Positions 35,429 to 47,262 of a stretch of DNA of 64,000 nucleotides are shown in pieces. The position numbers were made by a program, and so were the translations under genes. The stretch is taken from NCBI GenBank assembly GCA_030390025.1, contig CM059431.1, positions 116,500,001 through 116,564,000 on the forward strand, written 5' to 3'. Within the stretch, counting starts at the first letter, position 1. Each line of letters opens with the position of its first letter. Source of the DNA: Squalus acanthias. Taxonomy: Eukaryota. The notes below the pieces were generated by a model. That model was given only the letters and a program-made list of their open reading frames with translations. It had not been told where the DNA came from and ran no database searches.

Positions 35429-36441
35429 AACAACAACAACAACAACTGTTATTTATATAGCGCCTTTAATGTAGTAAAACGTCCCAAGGTGCTTCACAGG
35501 AGTATGATAAGACAAAAAAAAATTGACACCGAGCCACATCAGGAGAAATTAGGGCAGGTGACCAAAAGCTTGGTCAAAGAGGTAGGTTTTAAGGAGCGTC
35601 TTAAAGGAGGAAAGAGAGGTAGCGAGGCGGAGAGGTTTAGGCAGAGAATTCCAGAGCTTAGGGCCTAGGCAACAGAAGGCACGGCCACCAAAGGTGGAGC
35701 GATTATAATCAGGGATGCTCAAGAGGGCAGAATTAGAGGAGCGCAGATATCTCGGGGGGTTGTGGGGCTGAAGGAGTTTACAGAGATAGGGAGGGGAGAG
35801 GCTATGGAGGGGTTTGAAAACAAGGGTGAGAATTTTGAAATCGAAGTGTTGCTTAACCGGGAGCCAATGTAGGTCAGCGAGCACAGGGGTGATGGGTGAC
35901 CAGGACTTGGTGCGATTTAGGACACGGGCAGCCGAGTTTTGGATGACCTCAAGTTTACGTAGGGTGGAACGTGGGAGGCCAGCCAGGAGTGTGTTGGAAT
36001 AGTCAAGTCTAGAGGTAACAAAGGCATGGATGAGGGTTTCAGCAGTGGATGAGCTGAGGCAAGGGCAGAGACAGGCGATGTTACGGAGGTGGAAGTAGAC
36101 TGTCTTAGTTATGCTGCGGATATGTGGTCGGAAGCTCATTTCAGGGTCAAATATGACACCAATGTTGCGAACATTGTGGTTCAGCCTCAGACAGATGTTA
36201 GGGAGAGGGAGGGAGTCACTGGCTAGGGAACGGAGTTTGTGACGGGGACCGAAAACAGTGGCTTCGGTCTTCCCAATATTTAATTGGAGAAAATTTCTGC
36301 TTATCCAGAACTGGATGTCGGACAAGCAGTCATACAATTTAGAGACCGTGGAGGGATTGAGAGAAGTGGTAGTGAGGTAGAGCTGGGTGTCATCAGCGTA
36401 CATGTGGAAACTGACGCTGTGTTTTCGGATGATGTCGACAA
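35429..36441 (-). mobile_element. 5'-truncated L2-clade LINE inserted in Gypsy gag
   Basis: 284-aa ORF 35549-36403 (YADDTQLY, SRLDYSN, LHWLPV, LWNSLP); (GTT)n tail; GGTTTC on both flanks. Confidence 0.92.
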
Positions 36442-37024
36442 GGTTTCTGGTACCAACTTATAGCTCTCTGCTATTTCTAATGGCTTTGGGTCAAAATGGT
36501 CCTCGAGTTTCTCGACAGTGTCTTCAAACGACGCATCCTTCGCTTTCCCTGGCGCGAGTAGGTTTGTCAACATTCCGTAGACATCTGGCCCGATCTCCAT
36601 TAGAAAAATTGCTTTCTTACATTCACGAATGACTTTATTTTGAGCTTGAACATTCTCATCTGCACCTTCGGTCTCACTAATGTTATTGGCCTTAAAAAAC
36701 ATCTCCATCCGCTCAATGTAAGAACTGAATGGTTCACGAGCTCGGTCATACATGCCGAGGCTTCCGATGAATCCCGTAGGCGTGGCCATGATTGTCCCGA
36801 TCCCGTCAAACAGTGACTCAGCACACTACCTGTGTACCTGTGAGAATCTGTGCCACAGTTGTTGTGTATACATACACACGAAGGTGAAGCACAGACGATT
36901 CTGCATGAACATTAACAGTAAAACATCGCAAAAATTCCAGTTTAGGTGTCACAAATTCACCTTAAACTTGTCCAATCAAAGGTTGAAGACTGTGTCCTTC
37001 CATGATCCCTAAAAATGGCTTTGG

Positions 37025-37043
37025 GATCCCATTCTTGTCACCA
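37025..37043 (-). promoter_or_regulatory. Primer-binding site, tRNA-Ser(GCU)-like
   Basis: TGGTGACAAGAATGGGAT versus the expected TGGCGACGAGGATGGGAT; the three differences are transitions, two at CpG. Confidence 0.7.
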
Positions 37044-37046
37044 AAA

Positions 37047-37183
37047 TGTAATATATGTGGGTAAAACAAATGAAGGACAGAGACACGATGAGTTGCTAGT
37101 CCATGTGCTTGTTCTACTAGGCCAGAGCAAACTGAGCATGCTCATACTAAACCATGTGACAAACCATGTGATAATACATTACA
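37047..37183 (-). repeat. Gypsy 5' LTR (137 bp)
   Basis: Direct repeat of 32291-32415, adjacent to the PBS. Confidence 0.92.
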
Positions 37184-37756
37184 CATACAGTAGTCCATTA
37201 AAAAACATTACACTTACTGACTTATATCATTTCTAGGACTGCCATTTTGGAATCAAGTATCCCAAAAAGTAATCCTGTTGGTGCAAAAGCCTAAAGGTAA
37301 ACCAAAATTAAAATCAATCAGCTCCTTTACAATTTTAGATGAAACTAAAAGTTCTCAACCCCAGAGCTCTCAGATTCTGATCAATCTTTTACCTAAATGA
37401 TCTTCTGTGATCCTGTTTAGCTTTTTTTAAAAAATCGCTGGGTAGAAGTTTGCTTTCGGGCTCAGAATCGGCAGTGCGCAGGTGGCATGCGCCCCAACCT
37501 GGAGGACTGAGGCCAGCCTGAAATTGAGCCTCGAGCCTCATTCCAATCAGTTAGGCAAGCTGACAGCGCCTGTTGCTCCTCCACAGGCAGCCCGCCCATT
37601 TGAAGCTCATATTGGGCCAGGCACCCGTTTTACACCCTGCCCGATTTTACTTTCTGTTGACTTCGTTGACTGCTTATTAGAAGTTTCATTTGAATGCCTT
37701 TATTAGTAAAATATGATAAAATCACGTGAGTTGAATAAAACAAAAGTGGCTGCTTT

Positions 37757-39725
37757 AACAGCACCTCCCAAACCCGCGACCTCTACCACCTAGATTGACA
37801 AGTGTAAGGGTTTGGACGTGTCTCTCGGAGACGGTGCTGGTGTGAGGTTAGGCCTTCGTTGCCTAATATTATTGCTTGCTCTGGTCTCCGGCCAGCCTTT
37901 TTGCAATAAGCACCTGTGAGTGGTTCGACCCACTCGCCCTTACGGTTCTAACACTGGACTTAGGTGCAGGGAGCAGTAATGCAGAGAAAACTCAAATAGA
38001 CCCGGTTGAATAGTACGAAATGGAAATCTTTATTGCATAGCGTCCAAAATCATGAAGTACATGTCATAGGTGCAAATTAACGACAGTACAAGTATACATA
38101 CATTCATAAAGCTTGGTCTATGGAAATGAAGAACGCACGGCACATCGTAAAAAGGGGAACACATTATACTTTAACCTTAATAAAACCACCCTCCCTTAAC
38201 AATACCTACACTACGTCTAGATTTGTAGGATCGGGAAACATGCTCACCACTCGTGTTACTTCGGAGAATTTTAAAGTGAGGCACTCGGCTCATTTCGCTG
38301 CAGCGCCTGACTGTCACGTGTTTGGAAGGGTCTCTGTACCCCATTTGTTTATTTTTGCTGCTGCGACAAGCAGGCCAGACTCCCTGTTGTCATGAAGAAC
38401 TCGACAGAACTCGGAAACGTTTGTAAAATTCAAAGAAGAGTCTTCCTGTGCTCGACATCGGTTGTCGGTAGACTTCAATGAAAAGTTCTTTATTTATATT
38501 TTCGGGCGCGGTCGGGGTTTACTGATCGTGGCGGCACGTGGATTCTTCTCCTCTTCTTCTCATCTCGTCTCATCTCTTCGGGCCTCCGGGTCCAGACACC
38601 GTTTACCGACACTCGGGATGGTGCACCCTGTTACTTGCCCTTGTCGGGGCGGCTCGTTCCGAGTGAGCTCCACCCAACATTCGAATAACCGACCAGTACG
38701 GCTAAGAGTCAAGAGTCAACCAAGTCCAGCCCTAAAGAAGAGCTTCAGCCAGCGATCGAGCGAGTCAAAAAGAGTAAGAGCCAGCCGGGAGAAATAAGAG
38801 TCGAATCAAGAGAGCGATGGACATTTGTTCACTATAGTTATAGTGCTGTGTTCCCTTATCTCCCGCTCAAATCTTAATGTTTGTCCTTTGTGTAATACTG
38901 GTGCACAAAACTCCCAGCATGGGGCGATTCTTCTCTTTAACGGGTTTCGGTAGCACCTGAAACTGGCCAACTATCCGTTAATGTTTTCCCCATTGTTGAC
39001 CCAGCCAGGATGTGTACGAATCGTCTCCCTGACTGGTTTTGTGGGCCCCCGAATACTTGCTTAATCACCCGTCAATGTCTCTCTCATTGTAGAGCTGGGG
39101 GGGTATTTGTGTATTGATGTGTCTGGATGGGCCTTCGATTGCCCAGTACAATGGTCCTTACTTGTGCATGGAAAATGATTCCAGCACTTATATCTTTGCT
39201 ATTGTTCCAAATGCAAACGGGTTGCATCCTGTCTTTGTCAATGTTTACCGAGTATGATCCAATCTTATATTGAATGTTTATTCGACGCCATCTTGTCTGC
39301 CCACTGTATTTCTGGAAGCTTCTGCCATGATGCGCGGCAGCCATTTTACAGGCTTCTGTGTCCTTTATTTTCAGGACAGCATTTCGTTTAATAAAACTGA
39401 TCAAACGAATCTGCTTCTCTTATGTTATTTCGAATCGCGATAATTGCGAAACTTTACACAAGGGCAGCAGACGCCTGGGAACACCATCACCTCCAAGTTC
39501 CCCTCCAAGTCACACACCATCCTGACTTAGAAATATATCACCATTTATTCATTGTCTCTGGGTGAAAATCCTGGTTCTCCCTCCCTAACAGCACTGTGGG
39601 AGTACCTTCACCACACGGACTACAGCGGTTCAAGAAGGCGGCTCACCACTTCCTTCTCAAGGGCAATTAGGGATGGGCAATAAATGCTGGCCTTGCCAGC
39701 GATGCCTACATCCCATGTGTGAGTA
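37757..39725 (+). mobile_element. LINE family B 3' fragment split by the solo LTR (37757-37802 + 39459-39725)
   Basis: The joined halves match the reverse complement of 14650-14960. Confidence 0.85.
37803..39458 (-). mobile_element. Solo LTR (1656 bp), ERV-like
   Basis: TGTAA...TTACA termini; exact 4-bp TSD CAAG; minus-strand AATAAA at ~38030; CpG-rich; no recognisable coding sequence. Orientation inferred. Confidence 0.8.
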
Positions 39726-40065
39726 AAAAAAGGGACAAAATAAATCAGATTTGCTTTTTCTTTTTAAAAAGAAACTACAGTATTAAAAATGGAACAATCG
39801 ATTCTGTGGGTTTCCACGCAGACAACATTTTATTTGCACAGGTGAGGCTACTTTCCTCTCTGCTGGTCTATTTGCTGATGTAAGGTGCTTAGATTTCCAA
39901 GTAATAAATAATTCCAACTGTATCTGGACTAATGCAAGATTCCAAATGTAATATTGGCATTAATCTATTATAGCTGAAAATTACTGTTGTGGATGAATGC
40001 TTAATTTTTTTCATATGACAATCCTTTATTCATTAATTTGGAAGAAGCATTAATCTGTTTAAAGT

Positions 40066-40680
40066 AACAACAACTTGAATTTATACAGTACTTTAATGTG
40101 CAAGATGTCCCAAGGGGCTTAACTGAGAAACAAAAGGAATGGGTGCTGAGTCGGATGTTGAGCCATGGGAGAGAGGTTAGAAAAAGTGACTGAAGGTTAG
40201 GTTGAAATGATGGGTTTTCAGGAGTAGAGAGGCACCGGGGTTGAGCAAGGAGATTCCAGAGAGTATGGCTGATGTGGGGTGAAGGAAGGGGGGCGCATAA
40301 GAGGCCAAAGCTGGAGGACCAAAGGCTAAGGGTGGGGCTGTATATCTGAAGGTGGTTGCAAGGGTAGGGCGGTATGAGGCTGTGGAGGAATTTGAAGATG
40401 AAGACAAGATTTTTCAATTGAGGCAAATGTAGGTCACTGAGAATAGAGGTAATGGGCAAGCAGGACTTAGTGTGGGGCAGGATGCGGGAAGCAATGTTTT
40501 GAACATGTTAGAGTTGAGGGAGGGTGGATGATGGAAGGCCAACAAGGAGTATGTTGAAGTAGTCAAGTTTGGAGATGGCAAAAGCATGCATGAGGGTGTT
40601 GCTGGCAGAGGTGCTGAGATATGGGTGGAGACGAGCAATGTTGCGGAGGTAGAAGTAAATGGACTTGGTGATGGAGAGGC
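40066..40680 (-). mobile_element. Old L2-clade LINE fragment
   Basis: YFYLRNIARLHPYL, HAFAISKLDY, PITSILSDLH, LWNLL in broken frames. Confidence 0.8.
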
Positions 40681-41219
40681 TGTTGGGTTTTCGTTTCTCC
40701 TCTCTCTCTGTCCTTCTCACTTTGCGGTGGGTCAGTTTGCGTTAAAGAGACAGAGGAATTTCAGGCTGAGGTACAAATGTGTTCATCTCTATAATTAAAA
40801 AAAGCAGGACCAGTTAGCGCAAGGACAATTAGCTTAAAAGTGTGTTTTGCCTATAGTAACGGTAGAGTCATGTATTTTTTAAATAATTTTTATAGTTCGA
40901 GGAGTGTTAGGAAATAGATGTATCACACTGGAAACTGTATTCTGTTCATTCATGTATTCTTCGTAAAATAAACCAGTTTGCAATTGTGCCTCATCTCACT
41001 AAGGTGCTTTTTAGTCCACCTTACATAAAGACAGGAGAACTCATGTGGTCGCATATATAAGATCTCTGGATCCAGTACACACAATTAGAGGTCAATATTA
41101 GGATCACTGGGCCATGGTAGCTTTGAACTTGATATTGGGCACTAAAGGTAGAATCCTAATCATAGGAGACAACAGGTTCACTTACAAAAGGTGACCAATG
41201 ACATTGAGCCAGACACAAT

Positions 41220-41980
41220 GGCCCGGATTTTGCTGTACTAATAACAGCGAGGCTATCAGCGCTCACCGTTATTACTGTTGTAAAACTGACAGCAACTTCT
41301 GGCATTCGCACATGTGCAGTTAAACGCGGAAATTCGGAAGTTGCTGTCAGCGATACCATGCTCCTCCACAGGCGGTGCTGTTGCGGTCTTCACTGATGGA
41401 AACTGCACAGAAATCAATGCGTAAATTTGGGCTAATTGCCCATTATTCTCGCTGCAAAAACATCTGAAAAAGTTAGGGCTTGTTCAATCAGGAGTAACTG
41501 AGTTTTTAATGGCGGAGTAAATGATAATTACTGTTGACCAACCTCTCTGGCTCTGAAAATTTAATTTGACAAGTGTGGAATCTCATTCCCTCAGAAGAGA
41601 ATCAGTGTTGCAGATTTTTTTTTAAATTTTTTTTTAATAGTTTTCTGGTTTTGCTCTTTTATGCATTTCCCTTAATTCTATCTGTATGTCCCAATCTTTA
41701 TTTTGCTACCTGTAGAATGATTTAAATGTAATTTATATTCCCTGTCTTTTTATTTCCTGCTTTGCTGCCTGTGTGTGGATTCTTCAATCTGATTGGTTGA
41801 ACAGCTTCCCAGCTTCCCTGCTGCTTGACCTGCTCACAGACACCACAGATCCCCTGTAGAGGGCATCAAATTCAAAAGAGAGAAGTCTCCGTTGATAAGC
41901 CTGCTAAAAATCTGTGGGCAATTGTACGCGTGGTGAATGGAGAAAGCCGTCCCTTCACTGCTCACAGCAAAATCTGGGCC
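41220..41980. mobile_element. Harbinger-type MITE
   Basis: TIR GGCCCGGATTTTGCTGT / ACAGCAAAATCTGGGCC; AAT TSD; paralog of 47535-48339. Confidence 0.85.
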
Positions 41981-42218
41981 AATTTATACTGTAGACATGA
42001 CATTTCTAACACCCAGCAAAAATTAAATCATTCTCTTGAATAGCAGAATGTATTGGGTCAGCTACTATTAACCCTGAGCTCTGAAAGGCATCTCAACTAT
42101 GTAGTTATAGGACATATATAACATGAATAACTTTTTTCCAAAGACCATTTGAACGATGTACTTTTATCACAATGTTATGCACAAATATGAGTGCAACAGT
42201 AAAAACTAGTGAAACATT

Positions 42219-42977
42219 GGGCCAGATCTCGCTAGAAAAATAACAGCATGCATCATTAACACACCGTTATTAATTCAGAAATCGGCGAGCAAATTCAGGG
42301 CATTAGAGAAATGCCGTAAATTACAAATCTTCAGAACTTACTGGTCATTTTATGCCGCTTCGCTGTTTACTTCGCACAAATGGCATCTGACCATTTGCCT
42401 TCCGGTTATTTTTAAGGACTTGCTGGATTTAATCATGAATTGACCATTGAACTCGCCAAAGAAAGTTAAGTTTAGTAATTAAAAGCGTAAGTACCCTTTC
42501 AGCGATGTGATCATTGTTAATGCAATGTCAGTCACCCTCTCTGGCTCAGAAAGGGAGCAATTTAAACTGGTCAAGCTCATTCCTACATGTTTGGAGATTT
42601 AAAAATGTCAAATTTTAATTTTTTTACATTTTTTTCTTACTTTTCCTTTCTGTCTTTCTTTTTTTATCTCTCTTTTGATACAATCTTTCTTTCCCTCTCT
42701 TTATTTTTCTTTCTGTGCCAGATTTGTCTCTAATTCACCCTCCTTCTCTTTCATTCTTGTTTCTTTCTCAACCTTTAAATTTAATTGTTTAGGGAGATAG
42801 ACTGATGGTCCCGCCATTCACTGAGGTCCTAGATGCCCTGTTGCCCTTGCCATGCTGGTAACAACTTGCAGTTTCAGCAAGTTATGGCACAAAAACATTT
42901 TGAGCTGAAGGCTACAGAAAAAAAGTCTGACTAATGGTGCCCAGTGTGAGATGCCCCGCTCTAGCAAGGTTTGGTCA
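42219..42977. mobile_element. Older MITE of a related family
   Basis: Degenerate TIR GGGCCAGATCTCGCTAG / CTAGCAAGGTTTGGTCA; inverted similarity to 62581-63490. Confidence 0.65.
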
Positions 42978-43119
42978 AATGATATCTAATTAAAAGAAAC
43001 ATATTTATTTGAAAACAGTAAAAAGTGCACTAAATGAAGGAAGATTTGGGTAGATATCATATCACAATATATTTTATTTATGTTTCTTAGCATTTGTTGC
43101 TTATGAAAGATAATTCTGA

Positions 43120-44779
43120 GGGCTAGAAATTTGTTACAGCCAAGAAAGGGCAGTGTTTAGACTAAAAATGGTGACTTAGTGCCAGGTGAAAATCATCTAC
43201 ACTGCATGCAAAATTCATCCTCACTCCTCATTAAAATGATTGGAGCCATAAATCTAGTCTAAAAACCCAAGCTCATTAGCATTACACTGAAAAGATGGAC
43301 CAATATTGGGGGTTGTCTAAACGCAAGTAATGATTGCCACAGGCTTTTTTCACTGCTTAAAGGGGAGATCCATTGATGCTGCAGAACCTCATTCTCAGTA
43401 TTGTTGGGTGTACAGCTGCCTCAACAACCATAAGAAGAAAGACAAAGAGAAGGAGCACTTATTTACAAATCCTGATGGCAGATCGCTGCCTCAGGGAGAG
43501 AGCCCGTGGGTTTTCCCATGATGCTTTGGAGGCATTGGTTTTCGCAGTGGAGAGAAGGTGGCCGGGCCTGTAACCATCAACTGGCAGGAGGCCCTCGCCA
43601 CAAGTCTGTCATTCTATGTGGAGGGAGGTGGCACACCACATCATGGACAGCACTGTGGTCCCCAGGACCCACACCCAATGCAGGAATAACTTTAACAATC
43701 TCACACAGATGGGCAGGGTGAGTGAAGGCTTCAACAAATGTTACATACCACCATCTGTACCACAAGCTTCACACACTGCTCAATGTATCACACCCCAGCA
43801 CGCACCCATCAACAGTATCTACCTACCAACACTCACACCCACATCTCACACCTTGCACACAATGACAGCTATTCAACTATGGCAGATACAAGGGTTATTA
43901 GTTATTCGAATGCATGTGCTATGTGTGATATGTTTATGCATAAATTTATTAATAGAGTTTGGAATATTTTGTGGTCTCTCTCATTTCACCTCGGCGCCCA
44001 AGAGGATGTTGTGATATGGCATGATACAGGGATTGTATGATGGGGATGTGGTGAGCAATGGGGATCTGGGATTTCATTCATTCAAATCAGAGTCTGATGA
44101 GCCGGTCATGGACCGCGCGTCCAGAAGCCCAATTGTCCGGCTGTCTCCTCCCTCCCTCCTGTTCCTTGTCTTCTTCCTCCTCATCTTCTTTTTCCTCCCT
44201 CTGCGCACATGTTCCCGTCTTCCTCATTGTCACCTCTCCCCCCGCCGTTGATCTTGGAGGGCGAGGTGGACTGCCAGTACAGACCCCATGACTATAAGCA
44301 AGTGTTGTAGGTGAATCTTTCAAGAATAAAATTTCCCCTTTCTACTTGCTACAACACTCCTGCTACCAAAGAAGCTTCAAATCACTAAATAAAACTGTTG
44401 CAGTATCAGGAACTAACACACAGGCACTGAAACTTCACTAACTTGTCAGATGCAAGTGATTGGGGCTGATCCCTTTAAATAATGTCCCTGAAGCTGGCTT
44501 CCTGGTGCTGCACGCCAGCTCTCCCTGTTACTGTTAAGTCCAAGCGGTGAGGTAAGCGGTGAGAAGCAATTTGGCAGATCAGGCATTCAGTGAGCATTGC
44601 GCACTCATTGACGTCACGATCTCCATGGCGTTGAAGTCCTCGGCGATCGCTGTTATCGGCAGCGCAACAGCGGGTCCCAATTTGGCGCGTGGTGCTGGAT
44701 TCAACAGGAGCTGTCATTGCAGCTCTCAACGCCGCATTACCGCCATCTACGGGGTGCTCAGGGGATGAATTTTTCCCCC
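43120..44779 (+). mobile_element. Internally deleted Harbinger: Myb/SANT exon 1 (+) and acidic transposase tail (-)
   Basis: GGGCTAGAAATT / AATTTTTCCCCC ends; MADRCLRERARGFSHDALEALV...WREVA...RTHTQCRNNFNNL with GTGAGT donor at ~43718. Confidence 0.8.
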
Positions 44780-45177
44780 AGAGTCGTTTCTCTGAAGCAA
44801 ATGTTTTTGAGGTTACAGACAAACTGCAGCATTTCAGAAACAATACCTAGTTATGGGTATTATGCTGAATACATTTAAATGTAGCCTGGGAGCCACATTG
44901 ATATTCCTGTGCTCTTCTTCTCTAAACCTTGATAATTATTGTACTACATTACCATTTACTTAATTTATTACATCTTAGATCTCCTTTCCTAATGAGCATA
45001 TAAGAGCATGGTGGGAAACACTATTAACCTTGTCGCTCCCAGGAGGAGGTGTTCCTTCCCTGAGTCACTTTGCTACACTAGATCAACATATAAATCATCA
45101 GGAGGTACAAGCTAACTAAGCATACAGAGCTAGACTCCCAGTTAAGCAGAGAATGTAGGGACAATCTTGGAGACACT

Positions 45178-47188
45178 GGCCGGGATTTTCCTTACCTCGG
45201 TGGGTCCGGGGTGGGTGATGTCAGTGGCGGATCCCGACCCCGCTGCTGGCTCCATCCCGCTGCCCAAAATTATTTTCCCTTGATCAGGCTTGTTAAGCCC
45301 ACCCAGCGCATTTCCTGGTCCAATTAGAGGAAGCGGATCTGGGGACGTCACTTCATGACGCGTTATCAGCCAGTTTCCTTAAAGGGACCATGGCCAACTT
45401 TATTTTGACGTTTGTGCTGTCAGTGTTCTACAGCATTGAAGTGCTGCAATCACTGACAATAACTGCACAGAGGTGCAGGGCTGTACCCAGATTCTCCCAT
45501 GACTCCCTCCATATGCTTAGGAGGGAGTCAAGAGCACACAGGGAGGTCGTGTTCCCTTCCCATGGGTGGAAGAGACCTCCCCAGGAGACCAACACAGCCT
45601 GGTTATACATTGGTTGCACAGGGAGGGCCCAAGCAGGGATGTCTTCAGGAGGACCTGGGTGCAGTGGCGCAAACCTTGCAATGATCTCATTAGATCACAA
45701 AACGTTAGTACAAAGTCACACTCACCTTCATCCTCCTGTGCCTCTCATCACATCCCCATCACTCGCCTTCCCTACCCTACTCCTGCACATCCTTACTCAC
45801 ACCAACTTACCCTGCACCTTTACCCATCTCTCTCTATCTACATTATCACATCCCCATCTCACTAGCCACCCCTCACACTCACCCTCATCCTAGTGCAATC
45901 ATACCAACTAACAACACACAAAGGTAGGCACTTGTGTGTTTTATCCAATGTTTTATCCAATCCAATAAAGTTTCTGTTAATGTGCTGTCAAACATTGAAA
46001 CCTATATTTTCAACATTTTCCATTCTTGGACAGATTTGTGTGCACCTTTGGAAGTGGCTTAGTGAGTTGCAGTGAATGGTGAGACATAACGGTACCCTCC
46101 GCAATGGTGGCGAGTGTGAAAGGAATGGCTTGGGCATTGTAGGGATGCTTTATTTTGTTGGTGTGGGGTGGTGCCAACCTGACGCACCATGTGGCAGCCA
46201 GGTTATACAGCGTCAAGTGAATAAATGTGGCCATGGTGAGGCCATCCCTGGCCTCCTGGGCAGCAAAGTGGTTGGGTGCTGATGCTCTGTGTCCTGTGCA
46301 GCATCAGGTGATTGCAGAGAAGATTGATGTTGTTGTTGGTGCTGCTGGTGTGTCTGGTGCTGCTAGTGTTGGAGATGATCATGGTCGGATTTTGAGGACC
46401 AAGGTGAGACAATATAAAGGGCACCCATGTTGATGCAATAGATGGCAAGTGAGGTAGAGATGACAGAAGCGATCTGTCAATGGTGAGAGAGGTTGTTCCA
46501 ATGAGGTGACCCTGGATAGAGAGTTTGCTCCAAACACTTGCAACCTGCATAAAGCTCAATCTGTCTTCCAAATGGAGTAAACAACAGCTTCTGCGCTTGG
46601 AAAGTGAACAGCTGTGGGGTGGGAGCTTTTATAGCAGATTTCAAGCTGTCAAGTAACCAACTGATTCAATGGCCATTCAACTCCTGCCTCAGATTCACTG
46701 ACGTGATCCCTAAGCAGCGTGGACCCCGTGGGTGAGCAGTTAAAGTGAAAAGGTAAGGTGAAAAGGATTATTAAGGGTCTCTTAACAACCAGATAATTGT
46801 TTAATACAAAAGCAAAATACTGCGGATGCTGGAAATCTGAAATAAAAACAGAAAATGCTGGAAATACTCAGCAGGCCAGGCAGCATCTGTGGAGAGAGAA
46901 ACAGAGTTAACGTTTCAGGTCGATGACGAAGGGTCATCGACCTGAAACGTTAATTCTGTTTCTCTCTCCACAGATGCTGCCTGACCTGCTGAGTATTTCC
47001 AGATAATTGTTTAAATTGGGTCGCCTGCCTCTGCGGGTCACGTTGGATCGGAGCTCACAGATGCGCCTGTGGGAAAAGTGATTTGTGGCGGGTTGACAGC
47101 GGGGTCCCAACCCACTGTCAAAAAAATAAGATTTCCTACCCGACCCGCCACCAATCCCGCCCGCTGACCCCCCCAGAAAATCCAGCCC
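45178..47188 (+). mobile_element. Non-autonomous Harbinger derivative with decayed Myb/SANT exon
   Basis: TIR GGCCGGGATTTTC / GAAAATCCAGCCC; RAVPRFSHDSL...RRTWVQWRKPCNDL. Confidence 0.75.
46805..46998. repeat. Penelope-like hairpin
   Basis: Inverted arms pivoting at ~46925, tail on the left arm; direct repeat CCAGATAATTGTTTAA at 46789-46804 and 46999-47014. Confidence 0.85.
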
Positions 47189-47262
47189 TGTAATACCAGT
47201 AGCCATGCTTAAGACTGTTCATGTCAAAGTCATAGCATTACTATCTTGTTTTCTGTTTCAAG

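Larger units (their letters stand above)
32291..37183 (-). mobile_element. Ty3/Gypsy LTR retrotransposon (Mag-like), decayed, integrase deleted
   Basis: LTRs 32291-32415 and 37047-37183 (TG...CA). PBS TGGTGACAAGAATGGGATC; PPT AAGGGGGAAAG. Gag from 36789 with two Cys/His knuckles, protease VDTAA, RT (RLCGDYK, DDVLI), RNase H (CDAS, TDHKPL). Confidence 0.93.

Noticed and set aside
39772..39841. Plus-strand exon candidate NYSIKNGTIDSVGFHADNILFAQ ending CAG|GTGAGG
   Set aside because: Acceptor is ambiguous, no partner exons were found, and it lies opposite the better exon candidate; kept only as a weak possibility.
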